NCBI GenBank assembly: GCA_963844035.1
Contig: CAWJMT010000009.1
Span: 1-64,000, forward strand
Direction of reading: 5' to 3'
Source of the DNA: an uncultured Gemmatimonadales bacterium
GTDB lineage: Bacteria > Gemmatimonadota > Gemmatimonadetes > Gemmatimonadales > GWC2-71-9
Length of the DNA: 64,000 nt
Under the pieces are notes generated by a model, which was not told the origin of the DNA, made no database searches, and was given only the letters and a program-made list of their open reading frames with translations. Positions within the stretch are counted from its first letter, which is position 1, and the number at the start of each line of letters is the position of its first letter. The position numbers and the translations under genes were made by a program. Positions 1 to 9,347 of the stretch are shown here, piece by piece.

Positions 1-1304
1 TAGTACAGGAAGTGCCACTGGAGGTTCCAGCTCCAACCATTGCGCCAGTTCTGGTCGAGGCGCAGCGACTGGTTGTTGCTGAAGCCGAACTCCCAGGCAA
101 AGTTCATCGCCTGGCGATAGACGAGCAGCACGTTGTAGCCCAGATCCGACGGGATCGGGTGCACCACGCCGCTGGCATCCGTGAAGTCATACGTCAAGCG
201 CTTGTTGAGGCCGGCGTTGATGCCGTAGGTACGATCGTACCACACGCGCACCGTCGAGCCGATACCGACCAGCGTGCTGCCAGCGCCGTCGTTGTAGGTC
301 TCCTTGTTCCAGGAATAGCCCGTGGCCGAGTTGAAGCTCCAGTGGCCATGGTCCAGGAACCCGAACCGAACGTCAAACAGCGTCCGGGTCGCGTCGCCCA
401 TGCTCTGCGACGTGTAGCCAGCGCCACCCTTCGACAGGGCTGCGACACCAGGCGTACCGCCCGCCGTCGGGGCCATATCGTTGCCCGCCAACATCGAGAA
501 CGTGGGCATCAACCACATACCATCGGTGTTCATCGGCAGGAAGCCGAGCACAACACCGTAGGTCATGCGCTTGTAGTCCAGGTTATCCACGCCCGGGGCG
601 ACCGCGAGCTGTACGACCACGCGATCCTTGACCCATGCCGCAACACCGGTGTGAATGAACTGGCCCTGACCGCCGGCGGGGGTACCGCTGCCGAACGCCC
701 CGAAGAACGGCGAGGTCTGGCCCTGATTGTTGATGAACACCGAGACGATGTTACCGCCCTCGCCCGGGTTCCAGCCCATACGGACGTCGAACTCATCGTT
801 CCGGACCGCGCCGAACTGATTGCCGACGCTGCCGGCCCCGGTGGTCACCGGGTTGAAGTTCGTCGAATACCACTCCGTCCAGATACCGACGTTCTCGGCG
901 ATCGGGCCGGTGTAGTCCCACGCGAGGCTCGAGAACGGATTGCTCGTCACGGGCCCTGCGGTGGGCTCCGGAAGGGTCGGATCACTGGCACCCTTCGACT
1001 GCTGGAACAGGTTGGAACGCATGTGATAGCTCAGGTAGCCCGTCACGCCCAACAGCAGGCGACGGCCGCCCAACGCGCCTTCCTGACCTGCCTCGATCTT
1101 CTCAGCCACCCACGGCGTACGATAGCCGTTCATGCGGAACTTCACCGCGGTGAACGTCAAGTCAGGCGTCGGGGTCCAGGTCACGTGACACTGGTTGCAC
1201 ACCAAACCCGTCTGCCGTACGTACGCGGGGACGCGCGCGCTTGCTACCTGCGCGACGCCAACCCCGAGCGCTGCCAACACAACTGCTCCTCTTAACCAGC
1301 GCAT
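1..1304 (-). CDS. cyc2: Cyc2-like fused monoheme cytochrome c / outer-membrane beta-barrel, copy 1 (apparently intact, ~434 aa; last base of stop codon lies just outside the window)
   Basis: Not in the ORF track; read manually. ATG at 1304 with AAGGAGG SD, then a signal peptide, VPAYVRQTGLVCNQCH...PDL...KFRMNGY (Cyc2-type PxFxRQTG-CxxCH-PxL-FxxxGY pattern) and a C-terminal beta-signal WNLQWHFLY. Confidence 0.75.
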   Translation of the reverse strand, partial: MRWLRGAVVLAALGVGVAQVASARVPAYVRQTGLVCNQCHVTWTPTPDLTFTAVKFRMNGYRTPWVAEKIEAGQEGALGGRRLLLGVTGYLSYHMRSNLFQQSKGASDPTLPEPTAGPVTSNPFSSLAWDYTGPIAENVGIWTEWYSTNFNPVTTGAGSVGNQFGAVRNDEFDVRMGWNPGEGGNIVSVFINNQGQTSPFFGAFGSGTPAGGQGQFIHTGVAAWVKDRVVVQLAVAPGVDNLDYKRMTYGVVLGFLPMNTDGMWLMPTFSMLAGNDMAPTAGGTPGVAALSKGGAGYTSQSMGDATRTLFDVRFGFLDHGHWSFNSATGYSWNKETYNDGAGSTLVGIGSTVRVWYDRTYGINAGLNKRLTYDFTDASGVVHPIPSDLGYNVLLVYRQAMNFAWEFGFSNNQSLRLDQNWRNGWSWNLQWHFLY

Positions 1305-1401
1305 CTAATCCTCCTTGCGTCAGGGAACTTCGGGAACACAAGAAAACAGCAACTGCAACTTACTTCTCCTTCTCCTGAACCACTCTTCACTATCCACTTC
1401 A

Positions 1402-1774
1402 CTACGGCTTGGGATTCTCGGCAAAGTAGGCGATCAGCGACGCAATGTCGGAAGCCCCCAATTTCATGTTCGGCATCTTGACGTTCTTGTTTTCGGCCAA
1501 GATCGCATCCGCGGTCGAGTCGTTTCCGAACATCGCGGTGGGATCCTTGAGCCAGCGCTGCAACCACTCGTTGCTTCGACGTTGCGTAACGCCGCCCAGG
1601 TCCGGGCCCGCCATCTTGCTGGCGGGCTTATTGACTGCGTGGCAAGCACCGCAGCCCTTATTGGCGAAAACGGTCTTGCCCTTCTTCGCATCCTGCGCCT
1701 GAGCGACCGAGGCACTCAATCCGAGAGCCGCTACGACGACCGCGCAAAGCCCGAGCTTTGGAAATACGAATCAT
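1402..1774 (-). CDS. Periplasmic class I monoheme cytochrome c (frameshift in signal peptide)
   Basis: CGACH, GPDL and a distal MPNM motif. Removing one base near 1760 joins ATG 1774 (MIRISKLGLCAVVVAALGL...) to ORF 1402..1719. Confidence 0.85.
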
Positions 1775-2247
1775 GGAGTCGACACCCTTGAAGAGTATGT
1801 TAGGACGTCAAACCGTAACGGGAAACACCGTCCTCAAACTACCCCGTACTCCATAGAATAGCACTAGCCCCGGGCTCAACGCTCGTAGGGCTGCGAGGGT
1901 ACAGTGTCGGTCCCGCAGAACCACTTGTCAATCACCCGTTTGGGCGGGCAAGGACACCGTCTCCATGCCTGCGTCGACCGGGAGATCATAAGCGATTGCT
2001 GGGTAATGATTTAACCACAAGAACCGGGGGTCGGACGAAATGCTTCACTCACCGGTCAAGGATCACCGTGTTGGTGGTCATCCTGGCTTGCGGCTGACCA
2101 CGCCCTCATGCGTCAGGCGTGGCTTCGCATCATCACGCACGGCGAAAGATGCGCAGCAAAGAGCGCATGTCAAGCACTCGTTTCAATTGAATTTCGAATT
2201 TCGCAGCGCTTGCCCGCGTCATTGGGCGCGCGTAGCTTGCGCACCCC

Positions 2248-2978
2248 TTGAGCAGCTCAATGGCAACACCCGCGGTCCGTGTGGTTGGCCTTGCCAAGCG
2301 GTACGGGCACAACTGGGCGCTGCGCGGGCTCGACCTGACAGTGGCGCCTGGCGATGCGGTCGCGCTGCTCGGGCCGAACGGATCGGGCAAGAGCACGCTG
2401 TTTCGGATCCTCGTGACGGCCGCCCGTCCGACGTTCGGCGACGTGCAGGTGTGCGGCGTGCCGATCACCGACGGCGACGCAGTGCGCCGCCACGTCAGCA
2501 TTCTCTCGGATCGCCCTCCCGTTTACAGCGAATTGACGGCCCTCGAGAATCTCAAGTTTGCCGCAGCGATGTACGGGCTGGAATCCTCAGAGAGCGAGCT
2601 GCGAGATGCGCTCGCCGCTGTTGGACTTGCTCGAGCGGCCGATGCCCGGGTCGGCACGTTCTCCCAGGGAATGGGACAGCGTCTCTCGCTGGCGCGGGCA
2701 ACGTTGCAGAACCCCGACCTGATACTGCTCGACGAGCCGTACAACGCCCTCGATGCGGAGGGGCTGCGGCTCGTGGACCAGCTGCTCGCCAGAGTGCGCG
2801 CGGCGGGGAAGACCGCGATCCTGGCCACCCATCATATCGCGAAGGGCCTGGCGTTGTGCGACCGGGTGATCGCGCTGCAAGACGGGCGCGTGGCGTTCGA
2901 TGGGCCGACCGCGGCGTTTTGCCGCGTCGCCACTGGCGCAGGAAGCGGGGGCGTGGGCATGACGCCCTGGCGGCGTGA
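2248..2978 (+). CDS. ccmA: Heme exporter ATP-binding protein CcmA (3' end uncertain, probable frameshift)
   Basis: Walker A GPNGSGKST, FSQGM signature, LLDEP; lies directly upstream of ccmB. Confidence 0.85.
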
Positions 2979-3674
2979 GCTGGCGGCGTGCCTTGGCGGT
3001 CGCGCGCAAGGACCTGTTGATCGAGCGGCGGGCCAAGGCGGCGTTCAATTCGATGGCGTTCTTCGCCGGGATGGTATTGCTCACGTTCGGCTTCGCCCTC
3101 GGCCCCGACGTGCCCGCGGGCGCGGCGCGCGAGGGGACGCTGTTGCAGCAGCTCGCGCCGGGACTCCTCTGGGTGACGATCTTGTTCGCCGGCGTCCTGG
3201 CCCTCGATCGCTCCTTTCAGGTGGAGACTGGAGCGCGGCGGCCTCGACGCCCTGCGGCTCTATCCGGGTGACCGCAAGGCCATCTACCTCGGCAAGTTGA
3301 TCGCCAACGTGACGATCATGTTGATCATGGAGGCGCTGGTCTGCCCCTTCGCCGGCGATCCTCTACAGTCTGGACCTCTGGGGCAAGCTGCCGGGCCTCG
3401 CAGGCGTCGCCATTCTCACCACGATCGGGTTCGCCACCATGGGCACGTTCTACGCGGCCCTCACGGCGAATCTGCGGGCGCGCCAGGTGCTGTTGCCCCT
3501 CCTCATGTTCCCGGTGCTCATTCCGGTGATTCTGGCCGCAGTGAAAGCCACGGGCTGGTCCTGCACGGTGACCCGATGGGCGAGATCGGGTCGTGGGTCA
3601 AGCTCCTGGGCGCCGTAGACATCCTGTTCTTCACCACCTGCCTGCTCGTGTTCGAGTACGTGCTCGAAGAATAG
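2975..3674 (+). CDS. ccmB: Heme exporter permease CcmB (several frameshifts)
   Basis: ARKDLLIERR start, PGLLWV, IYLGK and LLPLLMFPVLIPV segments are spread over ORFs 2975..3271 and 3297..3674. Confidence 0.8.
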
Positions 3675-3707
3675 GGAACGCAGCAGGAGATGGGGAACCA
3701 GAGAACA

Positions 3708-3741
3708 CGAAGCGCACTGGGAAGGAGACCAGTGCGCTTCG
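3708..3741 (-). terminator. Hairpin terminator downstream of cyc2 copy 2 (also faces ccmB)
   Basis: 13-bp inverted repeat CGAAGCGCACTGG/CCAGTGCGCTTCG, followed by TGTTCTC on the minus strand. Confidence 0.65.
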
Positions 3742-3829
3742 GCTTATGCTCCCGGGAGTTCCCTGACGAAGCCCCGGTTCCTACACCTGCACTAGTGCCA
3801 ACGTCACACCAGACCTGCGTGGAGCGGGA

Positions 3830-5135
3830 CTAGTACAGGAAGTGCCACTGCAGGTTCCAGCTCCAACCATTGCGCCAGTTCTGGTCGAGGCGCAGCGACT
3901 GGTTGTTGCTGAAGCCGAACTCCCAGGCAAAGTTCATCGCCTGGCGATAGACGAGCAGCACGTTGTAGCCCAGATCCGACGGGATCGGGTGCACCACGCC
4001 GCTGGCGTCCGTGAAGTCATAACTCAAGCGCTTGTTGAATCCGATGTTCGCCCCGTAGGTGCGATCGTACCACAGGCGCACCGTCGTGGCGATACCCGTC
4101 AACGTGCTGCCAGCGCCGTCGTTGTAGGTCTCCTTGTTCCAGGAATAGCCCGTGGCCGAGTTGAAGCTCCAGTGGCCATGGTCCAGGAACCCGAACCGAA
4201 CGTCAAACAGCGTCCGGGTCGCGTCGCCCATGCTCTGCGACGTGTAGCCTGCGCCGCCCTTGGACAGCGCTGCGACGCCCGGCGTACCGCCCGCCGTCGG
4301 GGCCATGTCGTTCCCCACCAACGCCGAGAACGTGGGCATCAGCCACATACCGTCGCTGTTCATCGGCATGACGGCGAGCACCACACCGTAGTTCATCCGC
4401 TTGTAGTCGAGGTTATCCACGCCCGGGCCGACCGAGAGCTGCACGGCCGCGCGATCCTTCACCCATGCCGCGAGACCGGTGTGGATGAACTGGCCCTGAG
4501 CGCCGGAGGGAACGCCGCTACCGAACGCCCCGAAGAACGGCGCGCTCTGGCCCTGATTGTTGATGAACACCGAGACGATGTTACCGCCCGTGCCCGGGTT
4601 CCACCCCATGCGGACGTCGAACTCATCGTTCCGGACGGCGCCGAACTGATTGCCGACGCTGCCGGCCCCGGTGGTCACCGGGTTGAAGTTCGTCGAATAC
4701 CACTCCGTCCAGATACCGACGTTCTCGGCGATCGGGCCGGCGTAGTCCCACGCGAGGCTCGAGAACGGATTGCTCGTCACCGGACCAGCGTCGGGCTCCG
4801 CCAAGCGTCGGATCACTCGCACCCTTCGACTGCTGGAACAGGTTGGAGCGCATGTGATAGCTCAGGTAGCCCGTCACGCCCAACAGCAGCCGACGGCCGC
4901 CCAGCGCGCCTTCCTGGCCTGCCTCGATCTTCTCAGCCACCCACGGCGTGCGATAGCCGTTCAGCCGGAACTTGGTCCCGGTGAACGTCAGATCCGGGTT
5001 AGGGGTCCAGGTCACGTGACACTGGTTGCACACCAAACCCGTCTGCCGGACGAACGCAGGAACGCGCGCGCTTGCGATCTGCGCCACGCACACGCCGAGC
5101 ACCGCCAACACGACTGCTCCTCTTAACCAGCGCAT
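3830..5135 (-). CDS. cyc2: Cyc2-like cytochrome-porin, copy 2 (+1 frameshift near 4800)
   Basis: ORFs 4623..5204 (VPAFVRQTGLVCNQCH...TGTKFRLNGY) and 3830..4822 (barrel, ends WHFLY). Span is 1306 nt, one base longer than copy 1. Confidence 0.75.
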
Positions 5136-5434
5136 CGCTACCTCCTTCTGCGCAGCTAAGGGAACTAGGGAACAGCCCACCTCACTGCGTCCTCTCCCTC
5201 CCAACGACCGGACAACTGCCTGAGGAAGGGGAGGAGCCCTTCCTGCACCACCGACCTTCGGTGCTGAAGAGCGGGGCTACAGTCGAACGCCGCGATCCCT
5301 TAGCGTGGGAGGCGACGGTCGACTCCACCCCACTACTGTTGCTACGCGCAACGTCGGGGGAACATTACCGGAAGTGTTGCAGCGTGGAACGGTCTCATAG
5401 TGAGGCGGATCGGCGCAGATCGTTCCCGAAAACA

Positions 5435-5468
5435 CGAAGCGCCTTGGGGCCTAACCCAAGGCGCTTCG
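5435..5468 (-). terminator. Hairpin terminator downstream of cyc2 copy 3
   Basis: 13-bp inverted repeat CGAAGCGCCTTGG/CCAAGGCGCTTCG, followed by TGTTTT on the minus strand. Confidence 0.65.
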
Positions 5469-5556
5469 GCTCATGCTCCCGGGAGTTCCCTGACGAAGCC
5501 CCGGTTCCTACACCTGCGCTAGTGCCAACGTCACACCAGACCTGCGTGGAGCGGGA

Positions 5557-6862
5557 CTAGTACAGGAAGTGCCACTGCAGGTTCCAGCTCCAACCATTGC
5601 GCCAGTTCTGGTCGAGGCGCAGCGACTGGTTGTTGCTGAAGCCGAACTCCCAGGCAAAGTTCATCGCCTGGCGGTAGACGAGCAGCACGTTGTAGCCCAG
5701 ATCCGACGGGATCGGGTGCACCACGCCGCTGGCGTCCGTGAAGTCATACTTCAAGCGCTTGTTGAGGCCGGCGTTGATGCCGTAGGTACGATCGTACCAC
5801 ACGCGCACCGTCGATGCCGATACCGACCAGCGTGCTGCCAGCGCCGTCGTTGTAGGTCTCCTTGTTCCAGGAATAGCCCGTGGCCGAGTTGAAGCTCCAG
5901 TGGCCATGGTCCAGGAACCCGAACCGAACGTCAAACAGCGTCCGGGTCGCGTCGCCCATGCTCTGCGACGTGTAGCCAGCGCCGCCCTTGGACAGCGCCG
6001 CAACGCCAGGCGTACCGCCCGCCGTCGGGGCCATGTCGTTACCCACCAACACCGAGAACGTGGGCATCAGCCACATACCATCGGTGTTCATCGGCAGGAA
6101 GCCGAGCACAACACCGTAGTTCATCCGCTTGTAGTCCAGGTTGTCCACGCCCGGGGCGACCGCGAGCTGTACGACCACGCGATCCTTGACCCATGCCGCA
6201 ATACCGGTGTGGATGAACTGGCCCTGACCGCCGGCGGGTGCGCCGCTACCGAACGCCCCGAAGAACGGCGAGGTCTGGCCCTGATTGTTGATGAACACCG
6301 AGACGATGTTACCGCCCTCGCCCGGGTTCCAACCCATGCGGACGTCGAACTCATCGTTCCGGACGGCGCCGAACTGATTGCCGACGCTGCCGGCCCCGGT
6401 GGTCACCGGGTTGAAGTTCGTCGAATACCACTCCGTCCAGATGCCGACGTTCTCGGCGATCGGGCCGGTGTAGTCCCACGCAAGGCTGGAGAACGGATTG
6501 CTCGTCACGGGACCCGCGGTGGGCTCCGGAAGCGTCGGATCACTCGCACCCTTCGACTGCTGGAACAGGTTGGAGCGCATGTGATAGCTCAGGTAGCCCG
6601 TCACGCCCAACAGCAGGCGACGGCCGCCCAACGCGCCTTCCTGACCTGCCTCGATCTTCTCAGCCACCCACGGCGTGCGATAGCCGTTCATGCGGAACTT
6701 CACCGCGGTGAACGTCAAGTCAGGCGTCGGGGTCCAGGTCACGTGACACTGGTTGCACACCAAACCCGTCTGCCGCACGAACGCAGGAACGCGCGCGCTT
6801 GCTACCTGCGCGACGCCCACGCCGAGCGCTGCCAACACAACTGCTCCTTTTAACCAGCGCAT
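5557..6862 (-). CDS. cyc2: Cyc2-like cytochrome-porin, copy 3 (+1 frameshift near 5815)
   Basis: ORFs 5744..6862 and 5557..6003; nearly identical to copy 1, with one extra base in the GIGSTVRV region. Confidence 0.75.
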
Positions 6863-7353
6863 CTAATCCTCCTTACGGCTACAGGGAACTGAAGGGACAG
6901 CCTACCTCACTCCTTCTGTTCTTCTGCTTCTTCTGACTCTCCCGAACAGCGAACAACTGTGGTGCGGAGAGCAGACCCTTTGCCGCGTGAGCGGCCACCG
7001 GTGATATCACGAAGGCGTACCGCAGACGACCGCACCCCACGACGTGGGACGCGATCGTCGGCTTCCCCCACTACTTGAGCTACGCGCAGGCTCGGTGAGA
7101 AATTCAAATGGCGTTTCAGAATGAAAGGTGCAACATGGAACGGTGAATTAGGGGCTCACCGAGGGTTCGCTAACGGGGAAGGCGCGCTTGGCGGTGGTTC
7201 TGCGACGGTGGTTGGTAGCGGCTGCTGGGCGTTGCTTTCTTCGGCCGCGCGACGCTCGGCCAGCTCACATGACAAAACACAAGCGCACCGTGGGACTCCC
7301 CACGGTGCGCTTGTTGTTATTTCAAGAAACGACTAACGACGCCAAACCAAGCG

Positions 7354-7761
7354 TCACGGAGCGCGGAACTGACCCATGTAGGCGATGAGCGACTCGATCT
7401 CGCCCGGGGCCAACCGCAGGTTCGGCATCTTGACGTACTTGTACTGGACCAACATCGCGTCCGCGATGTCGTCGGACCCAAACATTGCCATCGGGTCCTT
7501 CAGCCACTGCTTAAGCCACTCGTGGGTGCGGCGGTCAGTGACACCGGCCAGATCCGGGCCTTCAGCCGTGCGCTCTTCCTTCCTGCCGATGGTATGGCAG
7601 AAATTGCAGCCGCGGTTGACGAAGACCTTCCTGCCCTGCTCCGCCTGCGCCGGATCGACACGCGAGTTAGCCTGCGCGAGACTCTGACGCGCGCCGAGGG
7701 TCAGTGCGAACATGGCCACGGCACCGCCACACAGTACCAAACGCGAGATAGGTTTGAACAT
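7354..7761 (-). CDS. Periplasmic class I monoheme cytochrome c, paralog of 1402..1774
   Basis: Signal peptide, CNFCH, GPDLAGVT, WLKDP, VKMPNL. Confidence 0.85.
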   Translation of the reverse strand: MFKPISRLVLCGGAVAMFALTLGARQSLAQANSRVDPAQAEQGRKVFVNRGCNFCHTIGRKEERTAEGPDLAGVTDRRTHEWLKQWLKDPMAMFGSDDIADAMLVQYKYVKMPNLRLAPGEIESLIAYMGQFRAP

Positions 7762-8063
7762 GGAAGTAGGTTTCAATTTGAAGGACGCTTTCATGGGGCC
7801 ACATACCCCCTCAGAGAATGTGGAACGGCCAACACAGCCAACAACGCCATGCAAACATACGCGGTCGGGCACAGAGTGCTAGACCCCGATCGCCCATATG
7901 CTACCCCCTAGACCCCCTCCCGGCAACCTTGCCCGGCCGGCTTGGGGGTCCGTTGAAGGAGTGTCTCGCGGGGGTTAAGTTGCTGGGGGCCTCAGATCTA
8001 CAAGGTTCTTGACCAGCTACGCCCTGGCGCGGGACCGCCGACCGGGGACGGAAAGGTATTGAC

Positions 8064-8759
8064 GTGAGCACGAAATGGCTGGGCTTTGAACCCCTGGGGC
8101 GGCTCGCAGGCATCCTGGCCATCCCGATCCTCGCCGTGGGGCTGTACCTGGGCCTCGTGTGGGCGCCGACGGACGCGATGATGGGAGACGTCCAGCGGGT
8201 GATGTACGTCCACTTCCCCAGCTGGATCGCGACCGCGCTCGCGTACACGACGGCCTTCGTCTGCAGCGTGCTCTACCTCGCCCGCCGGAGGGAGACCCTG
8301 GACCACGTGGCCCAGGCAGGCGTCGAGGTAGGCGTCCTTTTCAACACGACCGGCCTGATTACCGGCTCGATCTGGGGCCGTCCGACGTGGGGGGTCTGGT
8401 GGACCTGGGACCCGCGCCTGACCACCACCGCAATCATGCTTATCATCTTTGTGGGGTATCTCCTGGTGCGGGCGTTCCTGGACGACCCGGATGCTCGTGC
8501 CCGGGTGGGTGCCCTGGTGGCAATCATGGGGTTCATCACGCTCCCGATCGTGTATTACTCGGTGCAATGGTGGCGGACTCTCCACCAGCCACAGTCGAGT
8601 CCGAACACGGTGGATTCGCGGATGGTCGTCGCGCTGCGCGTCATGATGATCGCATTCACGCTCGTCACCATCTATCTCATGTCGCGACGCGCCGAGGTCG
8701 CCCGGCTGGAGGCGGCCGCGGAGCGGTCGCTGCTCGAGCCCGGAGTGAGCGATGGATAA
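8064..8759 (+). CDS. ccmC: Heme exporter / cytochrome c biogenesis protein CcmC
   Basis: WWD motif WGRPTWGVWWTWDPRL, YVH and LHQ histidines. Confidence 0.93.
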   Translation: MSTKWLGFEPLGRLAGILAIPILAVGLYLGLVWAPTDAMMGDVQRVMYVHFPSWIATALAYTTAFVCSVLYLARRRETLDHVAQAGVEVGVLFNTTGLITGSIWGRPTWGVWWTWDPRLTTTAIMLIIFVGYLLVRAFLDDPDARARVGALVAIMGFITLPIVYYSVQWWRTLHQPQSSPNTVDSRMVVALRVMMIAFTLVTIYLMSRRAEVARLEAAAERSLLEPGVSDG

Positions 8760-8895
8760 CGGGGGATTCGTCTTGGCCGCGTACATCGTTACCGCGGTCC
8801 TGGTCGGTGGGTACACCTGGCGGCTGACACGGCGCCTCGGCCACGCACGGATGGCCGCGAACGGTAAGCCACGGGGGCTTGGGGGCAAACTATGA
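8752..8895 (+). CDS. ccmD: CcmD-like small membrane protein (47 aa)
   Basis: Manual read MDNGGFVLAAYIVTAVLVGGYTWRLTRR...; one TM helix plus a basic tail; overlaps both ccmC and ccmE. Confidence 0.7.
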   Translation: MDNGGFVLAAYIVTAVLVGGYTWRLTRRLGHARMAANGKPRGLGGKL

Positions 8896-9347
8896 AATGG
8901 AACGGGCGTAAGACAACCGTCGCCATCGGCAGCGGCGTGGTCTTGTTGACGTTCGCATACCTGGTCTGGGGCGGTATCGGCAACAACCTCGTCTACTTCC
9001 TGACGCCGACCGAGCTCCTCGCGAAGGGCTCCGCGGTGTATGGGACGAGCGTCAGACTCGGCGGCATCGTGGAAGCCGGCAGCATTCGCTGGGACGCGGA
9101 CAAGCGAGAGCTGCGGTTCCGCCTCGAGGACGACAATGCCCACACGGTCGAGGTCGTGAGCACGGGTGTCCCGCCGCAGATGTTCAACGGCGGCATCGGG
9201 GCGGTGGTCGAAGGAGTCTGGTCGCCTGACGGCGTCTTCCGGTGCCACAACCTGATGGTCAAGCACTCGAACGAGTACAAGGCGCCCATGCCCGGCGACA
9301 AGCCTCCCGCGTACTACCGCGAGCTGTTCCGGAAGCAGCAGTCATGA
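8892..9347 (+). CDS. ccmE: Heme chaperone CcmE
   Basis: YFLTP, VRLGG and the heme-binding KHSNEY (HxxxY) motif. Confidence 0.93.
   Translation: MKWNGRKTTVAIGSGVVLLTFAYLVWGGIGNNLVYFLTPTELLAKGSAVYGTSVRLGGIVEAGSIRWDADKRELRFRLEDDNAHTVEVVSTGVPPQMFNGGIGAVVEGVWSPDGVFRCHNLMVKHSNEYKAPMPGDKPPAYYRELFRKQQS

Noticed and set aside
1985..2030. Possible Fur box (GGTAATGATTTAACC) between the cytochrome c gene and ccmA
   Set aside because: Only a half-site resemblance; cannot be supported without a lineage-specific matrix.
12..6853. Long + strand ORFs 12..1295, 3842..4984 and 5900..6853
   Set aside because: Antisense shadows of the cyc2-like genes in high-GC DNA; no motifs or SD.
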